A stretch of DNA of 64,000 nucleotides, taken from assembly GCA_951406725.2 (NCBI GenBank), contig OX597817.1, forward strand, positions 8,060,001 to 8,124,000, read 5' to 3'. This DNA comes from Octopus vulgaris (taxonomy: Eukaryota). The translations under genes were made by a program, and so were the position numbers. The notes beneath the pieces are model-generated. The model saw only the letters and a program-made list of their open reading frames with translations, did not search any database and was not told where the DNA came from. Position 1 is the stretch's first letter, and each line of letters starts with the position of its first letter. Positions 27,586 through 37,675 of this stretch are shown one piece after another.

Positions 27586-30211
27586 GGAATGGTAGGTACA
27601 GATGATTCATTCCAAACTTTGACAATTTTGATTGTGAGAAAATGTCTCTGAGACCATGGTTGCTCTACTGATTTTTGATATAAGCATGTCTGCAAGCAGC
27701 AAAGATATATTCCAAATGATGGCCTTCATTCATTATTTCTTGTTATTTAATTCTTGTAATTTAATTAATTTCTATTCTCTCTTTACTCTCATTAGATATG
27801 CATTTACATATAATTATGTCTCCAATTTAACACATTGTACTCAATAGAATTGCAATAATTAAAAGCAACAATCAAAATAATTAAAGGTGGCAGATCATTA
27901 GTGTTGGACAAAGTGACGTATGGTATTTAGTTATGGGCTTTTATGCTCTGAGTTCAAATTCTGCCAAGGTCAACTTCGCGTTTCATCCTTCTGGAGTTGG
28001 TAAAGAATTTGGGTTGATTTAAATCAACTATAATCTCTTCCTTCATATTTGAGTCTTTCTGTCTAATAAATTAATTTATTCTTTCTTTGTGTCCAGCATT
28101 TTGTTAACCAAGCTCAGCCAAATTTCCTCAGATGTACACTACCAACTTAAAAAAGAGTTATATTGTCACTGTTTATTTCAGGTAATCTTGATGGTGAAGA
28201 CCTTTGATGAAAGACAGTCCAGCCATGACCATATTGTCATTTACTTTGTCAGGTTTAGTGTACCATGGACAACATTAGTCAATGTGTCCATTTTTAAAGA
28301 TGGCTGGGTGTGGTTTTGAGAGAGATTTTGCTGCTACTTCTAGAAGGCCAGGCAGCCACATATAAGTAAGCGTACTTATTTGGTTGTGTTTTGAGAAAAA
28401 CTCTTTGTTGGTAATGAAATATACACTATCAGGTTTCTACAAACTCACCATCAAACCTCTGCTTGTTGACATACATACATACATGCGTACATACACTTAG
28501 AAATCCAAAATAATGGGAGAATCTGATCAAGATCTAAACTTATCATCATCATTTAAGGCCTTCCATGTGGGCATGGGTTGGATGGTTTGATTGAGGACAG
28601 GCAAGCCAGGAGGCTGCACCAGACTCCAATCTGATCTGGCAAGGTTTCTACAGCTGGATGCCTTTCCTCATGCCAACCACTCCGAGAGTGTAGTGAATGG
28701 GGTGGGGGCTAGTCAGGCAGTACTGGCATTGACCATGCTCAAATGGTGCTTTTTACGTGCCACTGGCATGGGAGCCAGTTTGGTGGGACTGGCATCGACC
28801 ACACTTGAATGGTATTTATTACGTTTCACCTGGCACAGGTGCCAGTCAGGCAGTACTGGCATTGGCCACGACAATGATTTCATTTGATTCAACAGGTCTT
28901 CTCAAGCACAGAATATTGCCCAATGACTGAAGGGTACTCTTAAACAGGCTGGTTATGCGACCTTAATTATAATTAACCTTTCTTGTGCCAACATATGTAA
29001 ATCAACTTATCAGAGACACTAGATGTCTCTTTGAAGACCTTCCTCAGCTTAATGCAGGACCAAGATGGCATGTATGGGTTAAAAATGTTTGAGAAAGCTT
29101 GATCAGATGAGAGGATGATGATGGAGATACCAGTTTGTCTGAAGCTACCTCTGGCTCTTTGATAGAAAAACCTCTTGTTTTAAAGTATTTATTACTTACA
29201 TTAAAAACTTACTAGTATAATCTTAGGTAAGACCCTGTTTAGGTTATGCTTCAAATAAAAGGTCAAGACTCCCTTCGGTCATTAATGACTATGGGATTGC
29301 ACCTAGAAAGTTCCCCTCCGAGGTACAAGTCTGGGCAAGGTTGTTTATGAAAGACCAGCAGTCGCCCATGCATACCAGCCTCCCCTCTCCATGCCACTGA
29401 TGTTATCCAAGGGAAAGGTAAACATGATAGGCGCAGGAGTGGCTGTGTGGTAAGTAGCTTGCTAACCAACCATATTGTTCCGGGTTCAGTCCCACTGCAT
29501 GGCATCTTGGGCAAATGTTTTCTGCTATAGCCCCGGGCCGACCAATGCCTTGTGAGTGGATTTGGTAGATGGAAACTGAAAGAAGTCTGTCGTATATATA
29601 TATATATGTATGTGTTTGTCCCCCTAGCATTGCTTGACAACCGATGCTGGTGTGTTTACGTCCCTGTCACTTAGCGGTTCGGCAAAAGAGACTGATAGAA
29701 TAAGTACTGGGCTTACAAAAGAATAAGTCCCGGGGTCAAGTTGCTCGACTAAAGGCGGTGCTCCAGCATGGCCACAGTCAAATGACTGAAACAAGTAAAA
29801 GAGTAAAGAGTAAAGAGTATGATATTGCAACTCATTTCGACAGATGAGTGAACTGGAGCTACATGAAACAAAGGGTCTTGCTCAACAACAGCACAACATG
29901 CAGCCTGGTCCAGGAATCGAACTCACTACCTCCAATGCTCTGACCACTGAGCCATGCACCTTCACCATGATTCAAATACCATCTTAATGGATTTTGATGA
30001 AATTCTTTTATTTGTTTCAGTCATTTGACTGCAGCCATGCTGGAGCACCACCCTTAGTCTCGAACAGATCAACCCCAGGACTTATTCTTTGTAAGCTTAG
30101 TACTTACTCTATCAGTCACCTTTTGCTGAACTGCAAAGTTACGGGGATGTAAACACACCAACATTGGTTGTCAAGCGATGGTGGGAGGTGCATGGACAAA
30201 CACAGACACAT

Positions 30212-30263
<52 letters not shown>

Positions 30264-30999
30264 GACAGGCTTCTTTCAGTTTCTGTCTGCCAAATCCACT
30301 CACAAGGCTTTGGTCAGCCCGAGGTTATAGTGGAAAACACTTGCCCAAGGTACTATGCACTGGAACTGAACCTGGAACCATTTGGCTGGCATACAAACTA
30401 CTTACCACACAGCAACTCCAGCACCTATTGTTTCAAATTTTTAATTATTTTCATAATTAGTAAAAACACAGACGTGTTGATGACACAGTTAATTGCAATT
30501 GCATTTTGTTACATCATCATGACATTCCCAACAAAGACCTCTACATGGTTGCTAAGCCTGTTAGAAATGGTGACCAAATCTCCTCCAAATGACACTTCTA
30601 CAATCTTACAAAGCATGAGCACATTAGTTAATCATGGCTGAAATGCCTTTGATTATAGGCCTAATTAGTCAAGGGTAATCTGGGGTTAATCAACAACAAC
30701 TACTTTAGAGATAATTAAAGTCATGAAGATGTAGGTTTTTGATCACATACTCTCATTAACCTGGGTTTTTACAAGTCAACAAAGGGACCTCCATGCTAGA
30801 AATATCAACCAAATCCCCTTAAATACAGCCATTTTAAAAGAAGAAAAAAATGGTAGATTAGATTTAGTAACACTCGATCAACAAAAAAACAGTGATGGTT
30901 ACGGTGGGGCCCATTTTTGTTGGTGGGTCTACTCATGTGAGGCTGGTCAGCATCTGCTTGACAATTGGTGTTGGTTTGTTTGTGTCTCCGTAATTCAGT

Positions 31000-31761
31000 G
31001 GAATTTGAACTCAGAACGTAACAGCAGACGAAATACCTATTTCTTTACTACCCACAAGGGGCTAAACACAGAAGGGACAAACAAACGGATTAAGTCGATT
31101 ACATCGACCCCAGTGCGTAACTGGTACTTAATTTATCGACTCCGAAAGGATGAAAGGCAAAGTCGACCTCGGCGGAATTTGAACTCAGAACGTAACAGCA
31201 GACGAAATACCTATTTCTTTACTACCCACAAGGGGCTAAACACAGAAGGGACAAACAACGGATTAAAGTCGATTACATCGACCCCAGTGCGTAACTGGTA
31301 CTTAATTTATCGACTCCGAAAGGATGAAAGGCAAAGTTGACCTCGGCGGAATTTGAACTCAGAACGTAACAGCAGACGAAATACCTATTTCTTTACTACC
31401 CACAAGGGGCTAAACACAGAAGGGACAAACAAACGGGTTAAGTCGATTACATCGACCCCAGTGCGTAACTGGTACTTAATTTATCGACTCCGAAAGGATG
31501 AAAGGCAAAGTTGACCTCGGCGGAATTTGAACTCAGAACGTAACAGCAGACGAAATACCTATTTCTTTACTACCCACAAGGGACTAAACACAGAAGGGAC
31601 AAACAACGGATTAAAGTCGATTACATCGACCCCAGTGCGTAACTGGTACTTAATTTATCGACTTAATTTATCGACTTAATTTATCGACTCCGAAAGGATG
31701 AAAGGCAAAGTTGACCTCGGCGGAATTTGAACTCAAAATATTAGCGACAGACGAAATACCG
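31000..31761 (-). repeat. Tandem array of 174-bp units derived from SINE family E (about 4.3 copies)
   Basis: Units start at 31000, 31174, 31348 and 31522. Confidence 0.9.
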
Positions 31762-32197
31762 AAATGAATAAAATAAAGTGAAGTGGAGTCGACTTGTTCG
31801 ATTAAAACCTTCTGGGCAGTGCACCAGCATGGCCGCAGTCCAATGACTGAAACGAGTTAAAGATAGAAAGTAAAAAGTTAGAAATAAATTATGGAGTGGC
31901 GAGAAAACAAAGGGGGCATTCATTCTGGCCAGTCGATATATGTGTTAGCATGTTAATAATTTACCTCTGCATATTGAGTAAATTATATATTTAGATCTAT
32001 GTTAAATTCTGACGTCTGTCTATCAATTGAATATGATCTCAGCGTGCCAGTTATTTCCTGTTTGTTGCTAGGCTGGCAGAGGGGAAGTTTACCTTAGCCA
32101 TCTGATTCACACGGCACCACTGTACCCTCCCTTAGCAATGGAACTTCTTACGTGTTCCCGTGTTTCTATTACCTACCAACTTGCTTTGGTGCTCGCG

Positions 32198-32243
<46 letters not shown>

Positions 32244-32270
32244 GGGCGGAGGCTAGTGTATTTATATATA

Positions 32271-32338
<68 letters not shown>

Positions 32339-32440
32339 GGAGTAAACACATAAATGTGAAACAAGGTGGAAAAAAGAGTACTCAAATACCAGTGGTAGAG
32401 TAATATGCTTTATTTAAAGCAGCAGAAAATTCAACAAAAC

Positions 32441-32478
32441 CTGTTACTCTGAGTTTCACGTTGCCGTTCGTCGGACAG
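32441..32478 (-). ncRNA. Minimal type I hammerhead motif (U4C variant) in a Penelope-like remnant
   Basis: CTGT-CCGACGA-ACG(GCAA)CGT-GAAAC-TCAGA-GTA-ACAG. Confidence 0.6.
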
Positions 32479-32490
32479 TTTTTGCTAGAA

Positions 32491-32537
<47 letters not shown>

Positions 32538-32619
32538 TCTGTGTGTGTGTGTGTGGTGATGCAAACAGGAAAAAGAGAACTCAAAATATGAGTAAATGTA
32601 TAATTTTATTGATATTTAA

Positions 32620-32714
32620 CGGAAGCTACAGAGTGACTCAAGGTTTGAGAGTTTCGAGTATGACAAGAGCCAACGCACGAAACTCCTGGACCTTGAATCA
32701 CTCTGTTGCTTCCG
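32620..32714. repeat. Short imperfect palindrome or mini-MITE (about 40-bp arms)
   Basis: CGGAAGCTACAGAGTGACTCAAGG... pairs with ...CCTTGAATCACTCTGTTGCTTCCG. Confidence 0.7.
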
Positions 32715-33253
32715 CTCAATGTGCGTGCGTGTGTGTGTGTATGCGTGTGTGTGTATATGCGTGTGTGTGTGTGTGTGTGTGTGTGTGCACGTGCGTATGA
32801 ACATTTATTTCTGATTGTTTGTCTTAGAGGAAGGCACACATACTTCAAGTGAATTCCGATTGCTCATCATATATTGGCGGTATTTTTTTTAGAGATGAAT
32901 GATAAGTTGTGACGTTCATTCTTTTCTCAAAAACCCTTAGTAATGTTTATAAAGCGAAACAAGGCAATCTTTCGTCTTTAGTAGACCTTTCCGTCGATTT
33001 CCGTAAAAAAATTTTTTTTTTTTACATATGGGCTTGCGGGAACTTTTGAAGTAATTGTAGTGAGTGTGCGATTTGAATATAGAGGCACCTACCTTCTCTT
33101 CGTGGTGACGGAGATCCTCCAGAGATGACTGGTCCTTCCTCACCCTACCCGAACACTAACGATAGCAGCTGCTAGCCCCAAACCCTTAGCGTCGTCCTCG
33201 CACGTCTTGTCACGAGCACGACCCACGTTGGAGAGGTCAATTTCCGCCCCCTG

Positions 33254-35673
33254 TACCAAAAAACTGCTTCAAGCGGCGAAATGTGCCCTCTTTCCGCTAT
33301 GGCCTTGACTGTCCGATGGTGCCTCTCCACGATCCCGTTACCGCCCGGCCTATACGCTGCTCTGAACAAGCGTCGCACGTTCCACCGATCAAGCATAACC
33401 CTCAATGCTTCCGAACGAAACGCCGCCCCGTTGTCCATCAGTAGTTCTTCCACGGGACCTCTCTCTAAAAATATCCCGTTCAGGATCTGCACGATCTCGT
33501 CAGCAATGCCCGATCTCAACTCCCTCCAGTCGACCATGGAGAGGTACATTCGTTGGCGGTAGTGTGTCACATCCACAGCTAGCCTTTTCCAGTTCTGCTC
33601 CACGGAAAGGCTTCCCTGTTCATGCCCACACGGAGCAGGGTCGATGGACTGACACCTATCGCAGCTCCCGACCACCTTCCGGACGCTTCTCCTAGTGACG
33701 CCAGCATCAATTTTTTTTGCCAGATACAGGGTCCTGTCCACACCCAGGTGATGCATAGCGTGCAGTTTCTTCAGTTCAGAGTCATCCAACCGACACGCCG
33801 CAGCTATCCCTTTCCGGGCCTCCTCCGGTTCTTCCAGCCACGCCCTTTTCACCCTGGTCAGTACGTCCGCCTTGTTTTTCTCCGAAGGCACGAAAACCAC
33901 GTTCAGCTTCAGTCCGAATTCGGCGATCAATTCACCTAGAACTCCTAGACGGCGCTTCACTAACATCTCTGCAGCACCTTTCGTCCGCACTCTCCTGTCA
34001 CCGGTGATCACTGATCCTACCCAGCCAAGCACAGTGGCCGAATCCGTCCGCATTTCAATCGTGCGCAGCCCCCATTTCAAGGCCAAGTTCACCCCTTTCA
34101 GCAGCGCGTCTAATTCGGCGACATTGATGTGGTTGAAATCATCTGCTTTCCGAAGCCAGGACGCGTCCTCCACCGCAGTGCCTTCGATTGCCAACACCAC
34201 CCCTATCGCTATACTGCTAGCATCACACCAGACGGTCCCGCATTCCGTCTTGGGCACGTACCAGTTCCCCCTGACCGGGTCTTCCGCTCTTGTCCTCTCT
34301 AGGATCTCCTGCATCATCGCCACCGTCCCTTCTCCCACCTTGTTGCCCCACCTCTCTCCTTCTGCTCGTCTCTTGGTGTAACTACACGCCGTGCGCAGCC
34401 CCCAGCGATCGGGTAGTGACCGACCAACTTCCCACACACCGAGAACAGCTCTCTCCTGCTGACGCTGGAACTCAGCTCTGGGATTTCATTTCCTCTCCGG
34501 AACACCAATTCACCTGATCTATCTCTTCGCAGCTTCAGCCCCAGCGCGGCTCCCCCTTCAATCGACTCCGGTGGATTAGCAACCAGTCCGAACTTCTCCA
34601 GATGTCTCACTACCTCGTCGGCTGGCACTACAGTTTCGTCCACCAAAATGTCGTCAATGTAGGAGCTGGTGGCCTTTCTAATCTTGCCGTCTTTCCCTAG
34701 GACGGACCTAAGCACTGCCGCCATGATCTTCGGAGCGGAATTCAGCCCGAAACCCAGCCTGGTTAGACAGTACGTCCGGCCCTTGTACCGCACCAGCTGA
34801 TATCGCCATAGTTTGTCGCACACATGGAGCTGCAAGTATGCCGATCTCAAGTCGACAATCGTCGCTGCCTCAGTCGACTGTCTCCACTTACGTAATGCCT
34901 CACCACAAACGTCTGTCGCCTCACCTCCCGTGTGACACGATATGTGCTGGTTTAGCTCCCTGAAGTCCAGCACCGGTCTGACTTTTCCCTTCGTAGGCTG
35001 CACCACCGCCATCAGGGGTAGCACTCCGCCCGCTACTTCCTCCTTCCAAGGGACAAGGACCCCTTCCTCGATCCACCTCTCCACCTCGTCTTCAAACTCA
35101 ACCCTGGCGTGGCCTTTCAGGGTATGCTGGTAACAGCTCACCCTGTTCTCCAGTGTCGGGGGCTCGTCCTTCCATTTCCACTCTATCGTCCACCGCTGAC
35201 CATCGAACGCCGCCTGAAAGTCTTTGTCCTCGATGGTGTAAGCGGCGCAGTCCCTCGCGAGGCTCTGCTCCCTCTGGCGATCCTGACTCGCAGTGCACGA
35301 CGCCCCCACGCTTCCGAACGTGACCTCATTTCCCACAACACTGACGCCACCGAGGCAGTTGATGGCGTCCATTTATCACGCGTTCGGCCACAATTGCCTG
35401 TAGCCTTAGCGTCGCGCCGCGCACCACTATCTCTACCTTGCTGCTGCCTCTGCAACGGATTTCGCTGCCGTCGACCGCCCGGACACTACACACCCCTTTC
35501 CATTCCTTCGTCACCCTCGAAGTCACCAGGGTGGTCGTACAGCCCGTATCCACAAGGGCCTTGAACGTCTCCCCCTCGGCCTCCACGTCAATCAATGGCA
35601 GCGTCTCCAATAGCGCCTCTACTCGTTTGAGGGGAAAGTTCGAGAGGCAGCAACTTCCCCGCAGTCGTTTCCC
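33254..35673 (-). pseudogene. pol: pol (protease, RT, RNase H, integrase) with frameshifts and C-terminal truncation
   Basis: ALVDTG protease; RPVLDFRELN, LGFGLNSAP and YIDD in RT; CDAS...HINVAELDA...TDS RNase H; HHCC plus D-D-E integrase; frame breaks near 35370 and 34405. Confidence 0.92.
35613..35673 (-). promoter_or_regulatory. -1 programmed ribosomal frameshift signal (G GGA AAC plus H-type pseudoknot)
   Basis: Slippery heptamer at 35673-35667 in the gag frame; a -1 shift enters the protease frame; stems GGGGAAGUU/AACUUUCCC and GCCUCU/AGAGGC. Confidence 0.8.
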
Positions 35674-36383
35674 TGGCCGCAATCACGGGCAATGTGCCCT
35701 GTCTGCCTGCATCGATAGCAAACGGGCCCCGGCTGCGTACAGTCCCGCGCCATGTGCGGTCCCTAGCATCTAAAACACCGTCCTGAGAACGGCCGCTCTC
35801 GTTGCACGGTGAGCTTCTGTACCTCTTTCTCGGGACGTCGTCCGTCTTTACGCGCCTCCGTCACCGCCATCGCTATCGCCTTCCGCCCAGAGTGTCTCGT
35901 CAACGCGCGAGCATGAGCTACAAGTTCGCTCAATGGCATCTTTTTGACCCCGGGCAGTCGTTGTAGGTGAATCCCTACATCGTCGGGGAACCCATTCACG
36001 AACGCCAGTCGGGCTGCTCTCTCCAGTCCTTCTCCGGCAAACCCGGCCAGAGTCGCTAGCCTTCTAGCTTCCGATGCAAAATCATCCACCTGGCCTCCCG
36101 TCCACCTGATTGCACCTAGCTTAGCGAAAGCTGTGTACTCGCATTCCGTGTATGCGTCACACAAGCGCCGCTCTATATTCTCATCGCAGAGCCGTTCCTC
36201 TTCATCCATCTCTAGGTAAAGAGACAACGCACTCCCTTCCAAATACAGCGCCATAAGACTCGCCACGTCGCTTATGCCCTGCAGTCTCGCTACCAGCCTG
36301 ATTTTCCGAATCCAGGCCACTACATCGCCTTCGCCGTTAAAAGGTCTGACGACGTCACTGGCGATCCTAATTTTTGCAGACAT
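35619..36383 (-). pseudogene. gag: gag with two CCHC zinc knuckles; premature TAG at 35763-35765
   Basis: CFRC*GPHMARDC and CYRCRQTGHIARDC in one frame; natural stop at 35619-35621. Confidence 0.85.
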
Positions 36384-36416
36384 CGTGTTGAAAAAAAATG
36401 AGAATGTTTACGAACT

Positions 36417-36428
36417 GCCGAAATAGCT
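36417..36428 (-). promoter_or_regulatory. Putative primer-binding site complementary to nt 1-12 of tRNA-Phe(GAA)
   Basis: Sense AGCTATTTCGGC abuts the LTR end; + strand reads GCCGAAATAGCT, the 5' end of metazoan tRNA-Phe as I recall it. Confidence 0.7.
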
Positions 36429-36710
36429 TGTAGTGCGATTTGAATATAGAGGCACATACCTTCTCTTCGTGGTGACGGAGATCCTCCAGAGATGACTGGT
36501 CCTTCCTCACCCTACCCGAACACTAACGATAGCAGCTGCTAGCCCCAAACCCTTAGCGTCGTCCTCGCACGTCTTGTCACGAGCACGACCCACGTTGGAG
36601 AGGTCAATTTCCGCCCCCTGCGCACGCTTGACAGCTGACCCCTTCCGCTTGCCCCAGCTTCCGGTCAACGCACCCCGCTGCTGACGTCCGGCTGCTGACG
36701 TTATCCCACA
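36429..36710 (-). repeat. 5' LTR (282 bp)
   Basis: TG...CA ends; 36429-36620 is repeated at 33056-33253 with one substitution and a 6-nt indel. Confidence 0.92.
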
Positions 36711-37614
36711 GTAATGAGAGCGAAAGAGACTAAGAGATAGCGATTGTATGACGAGGGAAGTTCTTTTGAAGTTACCGTGCATGGGAGCATTGATGTACAT
36801 GTGTGTGTGTGTTTGATGGGGTGTGGGAGACAGACAGTATGTTGTGTAATCGACGGAAAGGTCTACTAGAGACGAAAGATCGCCCGAAACACTCTTGGTC
36901 GAATGCTGAACATGAATTATAATCTTATCTTTTATTTCTCCTATTCTCCAGCCTCTAAATTTGTAGCATTTTTTTAAGGGACCTCATGATGACCCCGTCT
37001 CCTTGCTAGAAATAGCATCTAAATTACTAAAACAAAATCACATTACCATCTTTGAAAAGGACACGCTATAAATTATATCTGATATTCAGACGGAATGGTC
37101 ACAGCTTGAATACTTTTGATCATAATCCATCTCGATCACGGTTGACCTTGGGCTAAAAAGACCGACCCCCAACCACAATTATCCGGTTATTTCTCTACTG
37201 ATCTCGTAAGATAATCATGGTTATCGCCCTTCTCTCTTTAAATACCATTAAATGCCACAATTACACACACACACACACCACACCACACAGACACGCACGC
37301 ACGCATCGTATTTGCAAATATCCTTGGTCAGTGTTCGTAGATTTTTGATCGGTTGATAGAAACTTGATAATTATTTAATTAATTTATCTCTTCATCTACT
37401 CTTTTACTCTTTTTACTTGTTTCAGTCATTTGACTGTGGCCATGCTGGAGCACCACCTTTAGTCGAGCAAATCGACTCCGGGACTTATTCTTTGTAAGCC
37501 CAGTACTTATTCTATCGGTCTCTTTTGCCGAACCGCTAAGTGACGGGGACATAAACACACCAGCATCAGTTGTCAAGCAATGCTAGGGGAACAAACACAG
37601 ACACACAAACATAT

Positions 37615-37675
<61 letters not shown>

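Larger units (their letters stand above)
33056..36710 (-). mobile_element. LTR retrotransposon (gag-PR-RT-RH-IN order), recently inserted and damaged
   Basis: 5' LTR 36710-36429 (TGTGG...TACA); truncated 3' LTR 33253-33056; 5-bp TSD GTAAT at 33051-33055 and 36711-36715. Confidence 0.95.
32963..36884. mobile_element. Small TIR element (about 260 bp empty; Merlin-like MITE) hosting the LTR insertion
   Basis: 37-bp TIRs at 32963-32999 and 36848-36884 (2 mismatches, start GGC); 8-bp TSD CGAAACAA/CGAAACAC. Confidence 0.8.

Noticed and set aside
31000-31761. Regularly spaced repeats resembling a CRISPR array
   Set aside because: No unique spacers, 174-bp SINE-derived units, eukaryotic context and no cas genes
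35763-35765. In-frame TAG in gag as a programmed read-through site
   Set aside because: It lies inside the first zinc knuckle and is more simply a CAG-to-TAG mutation; a separate -1 frameshift explains pol expression
32963-36884. Retroelement with its own terminal inverted repeats (DIRS-like structure)
   Set aside because: The LTR element has its own GTAAT TSD inside the TIRs, so the TIRs belong to a host MITE
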